Source: Eledone cirrhosa (lineage: Eukaryota). From it: a DNA stretch of 64,000 bases. The translations under genes and the position numbers were made by a program. Positions 1-14,880 of the stretch are shown one piece after another. How positions within the stretch are numbered: position 1 is the first letter of the stretch; the number at the start of each line of letters is the position of its first letter. The stretch spans positions 8,370,001-8,434,000 of the forward strand of contig OZ024741.1 in assembly GCA_964016885.1 (NCBI GenBank). The letters run 5' to 3'. The notes under the pieces are model-generated. The model saw only the letters and a program-made list of their open reading frames with translations. It was not told the DNA's origin and searched no databases.

Positions 1-3000
1 TGATGTTAGAGGTAGTGGTGGTGATGGTAGAAGTAGTGGTGATGGTGTTAGAGGTAGTGGTGGTGGTGGTAGAGGTATGGTGGTGATGGTAGAGGTAGTG
101 GTGGTGGTGTTAGAGGTAGTGGTGGTGATGGTAGAAGTAGTGGTGGTGGTGTTAGAGGTGGTGGTGGTGGTGTTAGAGGTAGTGGTGGTGATGGTAGAGG
201 TAGTGGTGGTGATGGTAGAAGTAGTGGTGGTGATGTTAGAGGTAGTGGTGGTGATGGTAGAAGTAGTGGTGATGGTGTTAGAGGTAGTGGTGGTGGTGGT
301 AGAGGTAGTGGTGGTGATGGTAGAGGTAGTGGTGGTGATGGTAGAAGTAGTGGTGGAGGTGTTAGAGGTAGTGGTGGTGGTGTTAGAGATAGTGGTGGTG
401 GTGGTAGAGGTAGTGGTTGTGATGGTAGAAGTAGTGGTGGTGGTGTTAGAGGTAGTGGTGGTGGTGATAGAGGTAGTGGTGGTGATGGTAGTTTTAGTGG
501 TGGTGATGGTAGAGGTAGTGGTGGTGATGGTAGAAGTAGTAGTGGTGGTGTTAGAGGTAGTGGTGGTGATGGTAGAGGTAGTGGTGGTGCAGTTAGAAGT
601 AGTTGTGGTGATGGTAGAAGTAGTGGTGTTGATGGTAGAGTTAGTGGTGGTGGTGTTAGAGGTAGTGGTGGTGATGGTAGAAGTTTTGGTGGTGATGGTA
701 GAGGTAGTGGTGGAGGTGTTAGACGTAGTGGTGGTGATAGTAGAAGTAGTGGTGGTGATGGTAGAGGTAGTGGTGGTGATGGTAGAGGTAGTGGTGGTGA
801 TGGTAGATGTAGTGGTGGTGGTGTTAGAGGTAGTGGTGGTGGTGTTAGAGGTAGTGGTGGTGATGGTAGGGGTAGTGGTGGTGGTGTTAGAGGTAGTGGT
901 GGTGGTGTTAGAGGTAGTGGTGGTGATGGTAGAGGTAGTGGTGGTGATGGTAGAAGTAGTGGTGGTGGTGTTAGAGGTAGTGGTGGTGATGGTAGAAGTA
1001 GTGGTTGTGATGGTAGAAGTAGTAGTGGTGGTGGTGTTAGAGGTAGTGGTGTTGATGGTAGAGGTAGTGGTGGTGGTGTTAGAGGTGGCGGTGGTGGTGT
1101 TAGAGGTAGTGTTGGTGATGGTAGAAGTAGTGGTGGTGATGGTAGAAGTAGTGGTGGTGGTGTTAGAGGTAGTGGTGGTGATGGTAGAAGTAGTGGTGGT
1201 GATGGTAGAAGTAGTGGTGGTGATGGTAGAAGTTGTGGTGGTGGTGTTAGAGGTAGTGGTGGTGGTGTTAGAGGTAGTGGTGGTGATGGTAGTGGTAGTG
1301 GTGGTGGTGTTAGAGGTAGTGGTGGTGATGGTAGAAGTAGTGGTGGTGATGGTAGAGGTAGTGGTGGTGGTGTTAGAGGTAGTGATGGTGATGGTAGAAG
1401 TAGTGGTGTTGATGGTAGAGGTAGTGGTGGTGGTGTTAGAGGTAGTGGTGGTGATGGTAGAGGTAGTGGTGGTGATGGTAGTGGTAGTGGTGGTGGTGTT
1501 AGAGGTAGTGGTGGTGATGGTAGAGGTAGTGGTGGTGATGGTAGTGGTAGTGGTGGTGGTGTTAGAGGTAGTGGTGGTGATGGTAGAGGTAGTTGTGGTG
1601 ATGGTAGAGGTAGTGGTGGTGGTGTTAGAGGTAGTGGTGGTGATGGTAGATGTAGTGGTGGTGATAGTAGAGGTAGTGGTCGTGGTGTTAGAGGTAGTGG
1701 TGGTGATGGTAGAGGTAGTGGTGGTGATGGTAGTGGTAGTGGTGGTGGTGTTAGTGGTAGTGGTGGTGATGGTAGAGGTAGTGGTGGTGACGGTAGAAGT
1801 AGTGGTGTTGGTGTTAGAGGTAGTGGTGGTGATGGTAGAGGTAGTGGTGGTGATGGTAGTGGTAGTGGTGGTGGTGTTAGAGGTAGTGGTGGTGATGGTA
1901 GAGGTAGTGGTGGTGATGGTAGAGGTAGTGGTGGTGTTGTTAGAAGTAGTGGTGGTGGTGTTAGAGGTAGTGGTGGTGATGGTAGAGGTAGTGGTGGTGG
2001 TGTTAGAGGTAGTGGTGGTGGTGTTAGAGGTAGTGGTGGTGATGGTAGAGGTAGTGGTGGTGGTGTTAGAGGTAGTGGTGGTGATGGTAGAAGTAGTGGT
2101 GGTGGTGTTAGAGGTGGTGGTGGTGGTGTTAGAGGTAGTGGTGGTGATGGTAGAGGTAGTGGTGGTGATGGTAGAAGTAGTGGTGGTGATGTTAGAGGTA
2201 GTGGTGGTGATGGTAGAAGTAGTGGTGATGGTGTTAGAGGTAGTGGTGGTGGTGGTAGAGGTAGTGGTGGTGATGGTAGAGGTAGTGGTGGTGATGGTAG
2301 AAGTAGTGGTGGAGGAGTTAGAGGTAGTGGTGGTGGTGTTAGAGATAGTGGTGGTGGTGGTAGAGGTAGTGGTTGTGATGGTAGAAGTAGTGGTGGTGGT
2401 GTTAGAGGTAGTGGTGGTGGTGATAGAGGTAGTGGTGGTGATGGTAGTTTTAGTGGTGGTGATGGTAGAGGTAGTGGTGGTGATGGTAGAAGTAGTAGTG
2501 GTGGTGTTAGAGGTAGTGGTGGTGATGGTAGAGGTAGTGGTGGTGCAGTTAGAAGTAGTTGTGGTGATGGTAGAAGTAGTGGTGTTGATGGTAGAGTTAG
2601 TGGTGGTGGTGTTAGAGGTAGTGGTGGTGATGGTAGAAGTTTTGGTGGTGATGGTAGAGGTAGTGGTGGAGGTGTTAGACGTAGTGGTGGTGATGGTAGA
2701 AGTAGTGGTGGTGATGGTAGAGGTAGTGGTGGTGATGGTAGAGGTAGTGGTGGTGATGGTAGATGTAGTGGTGGTGGTGTTAGAGGTAGTGGTGGTGGTG
2801 TTAGAGGTAGTGGTGGTGATGGTAGGGGTAGTGGTGGTGGTGTTAGAGGTAGTGGTGGTGGTGTTAGAGGTAGTGGTGGTGATGGTAGAGGTAGTGGTGG
2901 TGATGGTAGAAGTAGTGGTGGTGGTGTTAGAGGTAGTGGTGGTGATGGTAGAAGTAGTGGTTGTGATGGTAGAAGTAGTAGTGGTGGTGGTGTTAGAGGT

Positions 3001-5158
3001 AGTGGTGTTGATGGTAGAGGTAGTGGTGGTGGTGTTAGAGGTGGCGGTGGTGGTGTTAGAGGTAGTGTTGGTGATGGTAGAAGTAGTGGTGGTGATGGTA
3101 GTAGTAGTGGTGGTGGTGTTAGAGGTAGTGGTGGTGATGGTAGAAGTAGTGGTGGTGATGGTAGAAGTAGTGGTGGTGATGGTAGAAGTTGTGGTGGTGG
3201 TGTTAGAGGTAGTGGTGGTGGTGTTAGAGGTAGTGGTGGTGATGGTAGTGGTAGTGGTGGTGGTGTTAGAGGTAGTGGTGGTGATGGTAGAAGTAGTGGT
3301 GGTGATGGTAGAGGTAGTGGTGGTGGTGTTAGAGGTAGTGGTGGTGATGGTAGAAGTAGTGGTGTTGATGGTAGAGGTAGTGGTGGTGGTGTTAGAGGTA
3401 GTGGTGGTGATGGTAGAGGTAGTGGTGGTGATGGTAGTGGTAGTGGTGGTGGTGTTAGAGGTAGTGGTGGTGATGGTAGAGGTAGTGGTGGTGATGGTAG
3501 TGGTAGTGGTGGTGGTGTTAGAGGTAGTGGTGGTGATGGTAGAGGTAGTTGTGGTGATGGTAGAGGTAGTGGTGGTGGTGTTAGAGGTAGTGGTGGTGAT
3601 GGTAGATGTAGTGGTGGTGATAGTAGAGGTAGTGGTCGTGGTGTTAGAGGTAGTGGTGGTGATGGTAGAGGTAGTGGTGGTGATGGTAGTGGTAGTGGTG
3701 GTGGTGTTAGTGGTAGTGGTGGTGATGGTAGAGGTAGTGGTGGTGACGGTAGAAGTAGTGGTGTTGGTGTTAGAGGTAGTGGTGGTGATGGTAGAGGTAG
3801 TGGTGGTGACGGTAGAAGTAGTGGTGTTGGTGTTAGAGGTAGTGGTGGTGATGGTAGAGGTAGTGGTGGTGATGGTAGAGGTAGTGGTGGTGTTGTTAGA
3901 AGTAGTGGTGGTGGTGTTAGAGGTAGTGGTGGTGATGGTAGAGGTAGTGGTGGTGGTGTTAGAGGTAGTGGTGGTGGTGTTAGAGGTAGTGGTGGTGATG
4001 GTAGAGGTAGTGGTGGTGGTGTTAGAGGTAGTGGTGGTGGTGTTAGAGGTAGTGGTGGTGATGGTAGAGGTAGTGGTGGTGGTGTTAGAGGTAGTGGTGG
4101 TGGTGTTAGAGGTAGTGGTGGTGATGGTAGAGGTAGTGGTGGTGGTGTTAGAGGTAGTGGTGGTGGTGTTAGAGGTAGTGGTGGTGGTGTTAGAGGTAGT
4201 GGTGGTGATGGTAGTGGTAGTGGTGGTGGTGTTAGAGGTAGTGGTGGTGATGGTAGAAGTAGTGGTGGTGATGGTAGAGGTAGTGGTGGTGGTGTTAGAG
4301 GTAGTGGTGGTGATGGTAGAAGTAGTGGTGTTGATGGTAGAGGTAGTGGTGGTGGTGTTAGAGGTAGTGGTGGTGATAGTAGAGGTAGTGGTGGTGATGG
4401 TAGTGGTAGTGGTGGTGGTGTTAGAGGTAGTGGTGGTGATGGTAGAGGTAGTGGTGGTGATGGTAGTGGTAGTGGTGGTGGTGTTAGAGGTAGTGGTGGT
4501 GATGGTAGAGGTAGTTGTGGTGATGGTAGAGGTAGTGGTGGTGGTGTTAGAGGTAGTGGTGGTGATGGTAGAGGTAGTGGTGGTGATAGTAGAGGTAGTG
4601 GTCGTGGTGTTAGAGGTAGTGGTGGTGATGGTAGAGGTAGTGGTGGTGATGGTAGTGGTAGTGGTGGTGGTGTTAGTGGTAGTGGTGGTGATGGTAGAGG
4701 TAGTGGTGGTGACGGTAGAAGTAGTGGTGTTGGTGTTAGAGGTAGTGGTGGTGATGGTAGAGGTAGTGGTGGTGATGGTAGTGGTAGTGGTGGTGGTGTT
4801 AGAGGTAGTGGTGGTGATGGTAGAGGTAGTGGTGGTGATGGTAGAGGTAGTGGTGGTGTTGTTAGAAGTAGTGGTGGTGGTGTTAGAGGTAGTGGTGGTG
4901 ATGGTAGAGGTAGTGGTGGTGGTGTTAGAGGTAGTGGTGGTGGTGTTAGAGGTAGTGGTGGTGATGGTAGAGGTAGTGGTGGTGGTGTTAGAGGTAGTGG
5001 TGGTGGTGTTAGAGGTAGTGGTGGTGATGGTAGAGGTAGTGGTGGTGGTGTTAGAGGTAGTGGTGGTGGTGTTAGAGGTAGTGGTGGTGATGGTAGAGGT
5101 AGTGGTGGTGGTGTTAGAGGTAGTGGTGGTGGTGTTAGAGGTAGTGGTGGTGATGGTA
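1..5158. repeat. 21-bp GGT-rich minisatellite (GGTAGTGGTGGTGATGGTAGA / GGTAGTGGTGGTGGTGTTAGA) with a 1956-bp higher-order duplication
   Basis: 21-bp periodicity. Rare variants recur at +1956 (GTTTTAG 491/2447, GTGCAG 590/2546, GTCGTG 1681/3637). Confidence 0.95.
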
Positions 5159-5530
5159 ATGGTGAGGATGATAGTGATCGTGTTGATGACGACGCCGATG
5201 AAGATGATGATGATGATGATGGTGGTGATGGTGGTGATGATACTGATAATGGTGGTGGGGATGGTGGTGGTGATAATGGTGATGGGGATGATGGTGGTGG
5301 TGATGGTGGTGGTGGTGATGGTGGTGGTGGTGGTGATGTTGGTGGTGGTGGTGATGGTGGTGGTGGTGATGGTGGTGGTGGTGGTGATGGTGGTGGTGGT
5401 GATGGTGGTGGTGGTGGTAGTAGTGGTGATGACGACGCCGCTGCTGTCAACGGTATCAATAAGACAGCAGCTATAATGGCAGTGATGCTGTAGTTGATAC
5501 AGCCGGAGATAGTGAGTGGTGGTGAGAGAT

Positions 5531-5910
5531 GACACACACATACACTCACATACACACATAAACACACGTACAAACACATACACACACACATACACACACA
5601 CACACATACACTCACATACACACACATACACACACATACACACACATACACACACATACACACACATACACACACATACACACACATACACACACACATA
5701 CACACACATACACACACATACACACACATACACACACATACACACACACACATACACACATAAACACACGTACAAACACATACACACACACACACACACA
5801 CATACACACATACACACATACACACACATACACAGACATACACTCACATACACACACATACACACACATACACACACACATACACACATACACACATAAA
5901 CACACGTACA

Positions 5911-5957
<47 letters not shown>

Positions 5958-7982
5958 ACATACACACACATACACAGACATAGACACACACATACACACA
6001 TACACACACATACACACACATACACTCACATACACACACATACACACACACATACACACATACACACACACACACACACATACACTCACATACACACACA
6101 TACACACACATACACACACACATACACACATACACACACATACACACACATACACTCACATACACACACATACACACACACACACACACACACATACACA
6201 CACATACACAGACATACACTCACATACACACACATACACACACACACACACATACACACACATACACACACACACATACACACACATACACACATATACA
6301 CACACATACACTCACATACACTCACATACACACACATACACACATACACACACATACACTCACATACACTCACATACACACATACACACACATACACACA
6401 CACACTCACATACACACACATACACACATACACACACATACACTCACATACACTCACATACACACACATACACACATACACACACATACACACATATACA
6501 CACACACACACATACACACACACACACATACACACACATACACATACATACACACACATACACACACATACACACACATACACACACATACACACACATT
6601 CACACACATACACTCACATACGCACACATACACTCACATACACACACATACACACACATACACTCACATACACTCACATACACACATACACACACATACA
6701 CACACACATACACTCACACATACACTCACATACACACACATACAGACACATACACACACATACACACACATACACACACATACACACATACACACACATA
6801 CACTCACATACACTCACATACACACACATACACACATACACACACATACACACACATACACACACATATACTAACATACACACACATACACACATACAGA
6901 CACATATACACACACATACACACATACACACACATACACACACATACACACACATACACTCACATACACACACATACACACATACACACACATATACTCA
7001 CACATACACTCACATACACGCACATACACACATACACACACATACACACACATACACTCGCATACATACACATACACACACATACACTCACACATACACT
7101 CACATACACACACATACACACATACACTCACACATACACTCCCATACACACATACACACACATACACTCACACATACACTCACATACACACACATACACA
7201 CACATACACTCACATACACACACATACACACACATACACTCACATACACACACATACACATACATACACTCACATATACACTCACATACACACACTCACA
7301 CACATACACTCACACATACACTCACACGTACACACGCATACACACATACACACACATACACACACACTCACGCATATACATACACCTACACACATACACA
7401 CAGATACACACACATACACACACATACACACATACACACACATACACACACATACACACACACATACACACATACACACATACACACACATACACACCCA
7501 CACACACACACATACACACACATACACTCACACATACACACACATGCACACATACACACACACTCACGCATATACATACACATAAACACGCAGTCACACA
7601 TACACATACACATAAACACAGTCACACATGAACACACACACACATACACACACATATACACACACATATACACACACATACACACACTCATACATAGACA
7701 CACACTCACATACATACACACACAATACACATACACACACATACACATACACATACACACAATCATACACACACATACACACAGACATACACACACACAT
7801 ATACGCACAGAGACAGGCAGATACACACGCACACATTGACACACACACACATAGACACACATAGACACATACACTTCCATACACACACACACACTCATAT
7901 ACATACTCACACATAGAAACACACACACGTACACACACACACACCCACACATACACACACATACACATACATACACATACAC
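5531..7982. repeat. Compound (CA)n/(CATA)n microsatellite
   Basis: Directly visible. Confidence 0.95.
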
Positions 7983-7985
7983 CTA

Positions 7986-9533
7986 CTGGTGATGGTGATG
8001 GTGGTGGTGGAGGAGGTGGTGGTGGTGGTGGTGGCAATGGTCGTAGTGGTGGTGGTGGTGATGGTGGTGGTAGTGGCAGTGGTAGTTGTGGTGGTGGTGA
8101 TGATGGTGGTGGTGATGATGGTGGAAGTGTTGGTGGTAGTGGAGGTGGTGGTGGTAGTGGTGGTGGTAGTGGTGGTGGTGGTGGTGATGGTGGTAGTGGT
8201 GGTGGTGGTGGTAATGGTGGTGGTAGTGGCGGTGGTAGTTGTGGTGGTGATGATGATGGTGGTGGTGATGGTGATGGTAGTGTTGGTGGTAGTGGTGGTG
8301 GTGGCGGTGGTGGTGGTAGTGGTGGTGGTAGTGGTGGTGGTGGTGGTGGTGGTGGTGGTGGTGGTGGTGGTGGTGGTGGTGGTAGTTGTGGAGGTGGTGG
8401 TGGTGGTGGTGGTGGTGGTGGTGGTGGTAGTGGTGGTGGTGGTGGTGGTGGTAGTGGTGTGGTAGTGGTGATACTGGTAGTGGTGGTGCTGGTGGTGATG
8501 GTGGTGGTGGTGGTGGTGGTGGTGATGGTGATGGTAGTGGCGGTGGTAGTTGTGGTGGTGATGATGATGGTGGTGGTGATGGTGATGGTAGTGTTGGTGG
8601 TAGTGGTGGTGGTGGCGGTGGTGGTGGTAGTGGTGGTGGTAGTTGTGGTGGTGATGATGATGGTGGTGGTGATGGTGATGGTAGTGTTGGTGGTAGTGGT
8701 GGTGGTGGCGGTGGTGGTGGTAGTGGTGGTGGTAGTGGTGGTGGTAGTGGTGGTGGTGGCGGTGATGGTAGTAGTGGTGGTGGTGGTGGTAATGGTGGTG
8801 GTAGCGTTGGTGGTAGTGGTGGTGGTGGTGGTGGTGTTAGTGGTGGTGGTAGTGGTGGTGGTGGTGGTGGTGGTAGTGGTGTGGTAGTGGTGATACTGGT
8901 AGTGGTGGTGCTGGTGGTGGTGGTGGTGGTGGTGGTGGTGGTGGTGGTGTTAGTGGTGGTCGTAGTGGTGGTGGTGGTGGTGGTGGTAGTGGTGTGGTAG
9001 TGGTGATACTGGTAGTGGTGGTGCTGGTGGTGATGGTGGTGGTGGTGGTGGTGGTGGTAGTGGTTTTGATGGTAGTGGTGGTATTCGTGGTGGTAGTGGT
9101 GGCGGTGGTGGTAGTAGTGGTGGTGGTGGTGGTGGTGGTGGTGGTGGTGGTGGTGGTGGTGGTGGTGGTGGTGGTGGTGGTGGTGGTGGTGGTGGTGGTG
9201 GTGGTGGTGGTGGTGGTGGTGGTGGTGGTGGTGGTGGTAGTGGTGGTGGTAGTGGTTGTAGTGGTGGTGGTAGTGGTGGTGGTGGTGGTAGTGGTGGTGG
9301 TAGTTGTGGAGGTGGTGGTGGTGGCGGTGGTGGTGGTGGTGGTGGTGGTGGTGGTGGTGGTGGAGGTGGTGGTAGTGGTGGTGGTGGTGGTGGTATTGGT
9401 GGAGGTGGTGGTGGAGGTGGTAGTGGTGGTGGAGGTGGTGGTAGTGGTGGTGGTGGTGGTAGTGGTGGTGGAGGTGGTGGTGGTGGTGGTGGTGGTGGCA
9501 GTGGTGTAGGTGGTGGTGGTGGTGGTGGAGGTG
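7986..9533. repeat. Degenerate (GGT)n trinucleotide array
   Basis: Directly visible. Confidence 0.95.
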
Positions 9534-9672
9534 ATAAACACACCAGTAGATAGGAAGTTGTGTCGAAAGAAGACGATGGCTGGCACGGAATGTTGATGGA
9601 AACTGAGAATAAACAAAATCTACTCTGAAATATATATGTATAATGTATATATATATATGTATACATACATAC

Positions 9673-9742
<70 letters not shown>

Positions 9743-9798
9743 GTGTGTGTGTGGATATATGACTCTCACTCTGAATTAGAGAAACCGAAAACGCATAC

Positions 9799-9918
<120 letters not shown>

Positions 9919-10050
9919 TTATATATATATATATATCGCATATATACTTCGTTCTTCTGTACATTTCAGTCAGGTTGTATTCAATCCCTCGTGGCTAACT
10001 GCTACATATAGAAAATGTCCATTGGAACTTCCTACATCGGCTGAAGAAAC

Positions 10051-10300
10051 TGGTTTGGCCAGGATGCCCTGGTTTGGTTGGTAATGTCCTGGTTTGGCTG
10101 GGAATATCTTGGTTTGGCCGGAAATGTCCTGGTTTGGCCAGGAATCTTCTGGTTTGGCCGGGAATGTCTTGATTTGGCTGGGAATGCCTTGGTTTGACTG
10201 GGAATGTCTTGGTTTGGTTGGGAATGTCCTGGTTTGGCGGGAATGTCCGGATTTGGCTGGAAATGTCTTGGTTTGGCCGGGAATGTCCTGGTATGGCCGG
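10051..10300. repeat. 20-bp minisatellite (GGTTTGGCCGGGAATGTCCT), about 12 copies
   Basis: 20-bp periodicity visible. Confidence 0.9.
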
Positions 10301-10579
10301 AGATATCATGATCTGGAAATTGTCACGGTTTAGGGCTTTCAAATCATCGTAAGTCTATTTGGGCAATTTGAGTTACTTATTTTTGCTAACAGAGGGAACT
10401 GGAACAACATGAAATAAGGTGCTCAAGGGTACAATACACCACCCGGAATGGAAATCACAACCTAACCACACACATTCACATTTATACACCCATACATACA
10501 ATTATATATACATACACATGTATGTATGCACGTACGTACTTGCACAAACGCACATATGAATATATATGTATGCAAAAAT

Positions 10580-12190
10580 ATGTGACAGTGATGTAACATA
10601 TCTATGTGACAATGGTGTAACATATCTATGTGACAGAGGTGTAACATATATATGTAACAGTGGTGTAATATATATATATGTGACAGAGGCGTAACATATA
10701 TATGTGACAGTGGTGTAACATATCTATATCACAGTGGTGTAACATATCTATGTCACAGAGGTGAAACATATCTATGTCACAGTGGTGTAACATATTTATG
10801 TCACAGTAGTGTAACATATCTCTGTGACAGTGGTGTAACATATAAATGTGACAGTGGTGTAATATATATATGTGACAGTGATGTAACATATATATGTCAC
10901 AGTGGTGTAACATATCTATGTCACAGTGGTGTAACATATTTATGTCACAGTGGTGTAACATATCTATGTCACAGAGGTGTAACATATCTATGTCACAGTA
11001 GTGAAACATATATGTCACAGTAGTGTAATATATATATATATGTCATAGTGGTGTAACTTATATACGTCACAGAGGTGTAACATATATATGTGACAGTGAT
11101 GTAACATATATATGACAGAGGTGTAACCTATATATATGTGACATAGGTGTAACATATGTATGTCACAGTGGTGTAATACAAATATGTCATAGTAGTGTAA
11201 CATATCTATGTGACAGTGGTGTAATATATATATGTGACCGTGGTGTAATATATATATGTGCCAGTGGTGTAACATATCTATGTGACAGTGGTGTAACATA
11301 TTTATGTCACAGTGGTGTAATATGAATATGTCACAGTAGTGTAACATATATATGACACAGTAGTGTAACATATATATGTAACAGTGGTGTAACATATATA
11401 TGTGACAGTGGTGTAATATATACATGTCACAGAGGTGTGACATATATATGTCACAGTGGTGTAACATATATAGGTCACATAGGTGTAATATATCTATGTG
11501 ACAGTGGTGTAACATATATATGTCACAGTTGTGAAACATATATGTGACAGTTTTGTAACATATCTATGTGACAGTGGTGTAACATATCTATGTAACAGAG
11601 GTGTAACATATATAAGTCACGGTAGTTTAACATATATATGTGACAGTGGTGTAACATATATATGTCACAGTAGTTTAACGTATATATGTGACTGGTGTAA
11701 CATATATATGTCATAGAGGTGTAACATATATACTGTACAGTATTCACATTGGTGTAACATATATATACCTCAGTGGTGTCACATGTATGTTACAGTGGTG
11801 TAACATGTATGTCAATACTGTCACGTATATGTCACAGTGGTGTATCACATATATATGTCACAGTAGTGTAACATATATACATCAGTGGTGTCAGGGATAT
11901 GTAGCAGTGGTGTATCACATATATATGTGTTACAGTGGTGTATCACATATATATGTGACAGTAGTGTAACATATATATGTCAGTGGTGTAGCATATATAT
12001 GTCACATTGGTGTAACATATATATATATATGTGACAGTGGTGTAACATGGATATGTCACAGTGATGTAAGTAAGTGGGGTAAGTAGCAGTGGATGTGTAT
12101 CAGTGGTGTAACATATATATGTCACATTGATGTAACATATATATGTTACAGTGGTGTCAGTGGTGTAACATGGATATGACACAGTGGTGT
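10580..12190. repeat. About 24-bp minisatellite (TGTSACAGTGGTGTAACATATATA)
   Basis: Tandem periodicity visible. Confidence 0.9.
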
Positions 12191-12286
12191 GAGTAGCAGT
12201 GGATTTGTAGCAGTGTAGTAAGTAAGGAGTGATGTGACAACATTTAGCAAATTGAAACGAATTAATATCTTTAAAAAGTAATATAA

Positions 12287-13023
12287 CTAGCAGAAAAACA
12301 CCCTTCGCGTGGTTTTCTGCTAGTTATATTAACTTCGGGTGGTTTTCTGCTAGTTATATTAACTTCGGGTGGTTTTCTGCTAGTTATATTAACTTCGGGT
12401 GGTTTTCTGCTAGTTATATTAACTTCGGGTGGTTTTCTGCTAGCATGTGTAGTGTGTATATTGATATTATACGCAAGTATATATACATGTAGATATGATA
12501 TATCAAATAAAATCGTAATTGACAATATACACAGAAATTGAACGAAGAGTGTGTTACACTGTCTTATGTAATCCATGATACATTAAAACAGACGATATTA
12601 TATTAGGAGAAAATTAGTATGTTTATTTAAGCGATCGCCACCGGAAGTGTTGACATCACACACTCTCTCTTCCTACATATATGGTAGTTGAAGTGGCGAT
12701 GATATACCGGAAGTGCAACTTTGAAAAGAAGTCAATTTTAAATTATTTATTTTTACGAAATTATTTTTGTTTACGAAATTGAGTAGATAAATTATGTAAT
12801 ATTCATTCTTATTTATTCAAAATCCACCGAGGTTAACTTTGCCTTTCATCCTTATGGGGTCGATAAAATAAAGTACCAGTAATATACTGGTTAATTGCTG
12901 GCCTTGTGCCAAAAGTAGAAACAATTATTTATTCAAAGTAATCCAACTTATTTTACAAATGGGATAAAAAAAATTAAAAAAACCGTACGCAATCCCGCAG
13001 ACCTTCATTTATTATAGTTTAGA
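12287..13023 (-). mobile_element. Non-autonomous Helitron-like element, family A, copy 1
   Basis: Minus strand starts A|TCTAAACTATAATAAA and ends in a hairpin plus CTAG|T. Homologous to 24390-24890 and 57245-58687. Confidence 0.75.
12822..12924 (+). mobile_element. 5'-truncated tRNA-SINE inserted in the Helitron with a 13-bp TSD
   Basis: TTATTTATTCAAA at 12809-12821 and 12925-12937. The empty site is seen in the 24.4 kb Helitron copy. Confidence 0.85.
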
Positions 13024-13045
13024 TAATGAAGATTAATTAAAAGAA

Positions 13046-13222
13046 ATAATAATAATTGTTTCTACTTTTGGCACAAGGCCAGCAATTATCCCAGCGCATT
13101 ACTGGTACTTTATTTTATCGACCCCGTAAGGATGAAAGTTAACCTCGGCGGGATATGAACTCAGACCGTAAAGGTACATAACTAAGCTGGAAAGCATGGC
13201 GTCCGACCCTCTACTGATACTG
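13046..13222 (-). mobile_element. tRNA-derived SINE (major family)
   Basis: Reverse complement of the family consensus: B-box-like GAGTTC, CTTTCATCCTTACGGGGTCGATAAAATAAAGTACCAG core, (ATT)n tail. Confidence 0.85.
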
Positions 13223-13387
13223 TGAAATGTCATAGTTATGAGTTTGGTTTAAATAATTTCTCGACGTTGAAACATGAATTGTAAGGAAGGAAAGGGAGGG
13301 GTGGGGGACATATAGGACTAATTTCAGAATAAAATAGTTTTTTGTGGGATAATATTTGTTAAGCAAAGTTTAGTGGCAAAACAATGT

Positions 13388-14456
13388 GACGATATAATAT
13401 TACATATGGCGATATAGTATTACATATGACGATATAATATTACATATGGCGATATAATATTACATTTGGCGATATAATATTACATTTGGCGATATAATAT
13501 TACATATGGCGATATAGTATTACATATGGCGATATAATATTACATATGGCGATATAATATTACATATGACGATATAATATTACATATGGCGATATAATAT
13601 TACATTTGGCGATATAATATTACATTTGGCGATATAATATTACATATGGCGATATAGTATTACATATGGCGATATAATATTACATATGGCGATATAATAT
13701 TACATATGGCGATATAGTATTACATATGGCGATATAATATTACATATGGCGATATAATATTACATATGGCGATATAGTATTACATATGGCGATATAATAT
13801 TACATTTGGCGATATAATATTACATATGGCGATATAGTATTACATATGGCGATATAATATTACATTTGGCGATATAGTATTACATATGGCGATATCAGGG
13901 ATATTACACATGGCGATATAATATTACATTTGGCGATATAATATTACATATGGCGATATAGTATTACATATGGCGATATCAGGGATATTACATATGGCGG
14001 TATCAGAAATATTACATATGGCGATATCAGAAATATTACATATGGCGATATAATATTACATATGACGATATCAGAAATATTACATATGTCGATATAATAT
14101 TTCATATGGCGATATCAAGAAATATTACATATGGCGATATCAGAAATATTACATATGGCGATATCAGAAATATTACATATGTCGATATAATATTACATAT
14201 GACGATATCAGAAATATTACATATGGCGATATCAGAGATATTACATATGGCGATATAATATTACATATGGCGATATCAGAAATATTACATATGACGATAT
14301 CAGAAATATTACATATGGCGATATCAGAGATATTACATATGGCGATATAATATTACATATGGCGATATCAGAAATATTACATATGGCGATATCAGAAATA
14401 TTACATATGGCGATATCAGAGATATTACATATGGCGATATCGAGAAATATTACATA
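13388..14456. repeat. 20-bp minisatellite (GATATAATATTACATATGGC) grading into a 24-bp variant (GATATCAGAAATATTACATATGGC)
   Basis: Tandem periodicity visible. Confidence 0.95.
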
Positions 14457-14681
14457 AAACATTATGTAAAAAACTGTCTAGAATGGCAAATAGACAAATT
14501 AATAATATTTATTACGGGATATATTTGTTTTGGTGTTTTACTTTCTGTGTTCAAATCCAATCACGGTTAACTTTGACTTTCACACTCCCCAGGGTACTGG
14601 GGTTCACAATAATCGACTTCTCCCATCAAATGTCTGACCTTGTATATGAATTAGAAATCATTATAACATATATCTCTCTAT

Positions 14682-14880
14682 CTAGGGCGGGTAAAATTCC
14701 CGAGATCCATGGACGAGTTCTCTCCAGCGATCTTTTCCCCTCATTATCGCTGCCATGTCCTGCGTGTCCAAGATACCAGTGTCTGTTCTTAGGGCATCAA
14801 CATATGTAAACCTCGGTCTTCCTCTTCTAGTGTGTCCATGCAGAGGAAGACCGAGGTTAACATATATTGATGCCATAAGG
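14682..14880 (-). mobile_element. 3' fragment of an RTE-like LINE ORF
   Basis: HGHTRRGRPRFTYVDAL...DRWRELV resembles the C-terminal motif of RTE-clade ORFs. Confidence 0.65.

Noticed and set aside
48-5843. 1931-aa proline-rich and 1799-aa valine-rich ORFs (extensin-like)
   Set aside because: Products of a 21-bp stop-free minisatellite. The long ORF starts inside a (TG)n tract and has no unique domain.
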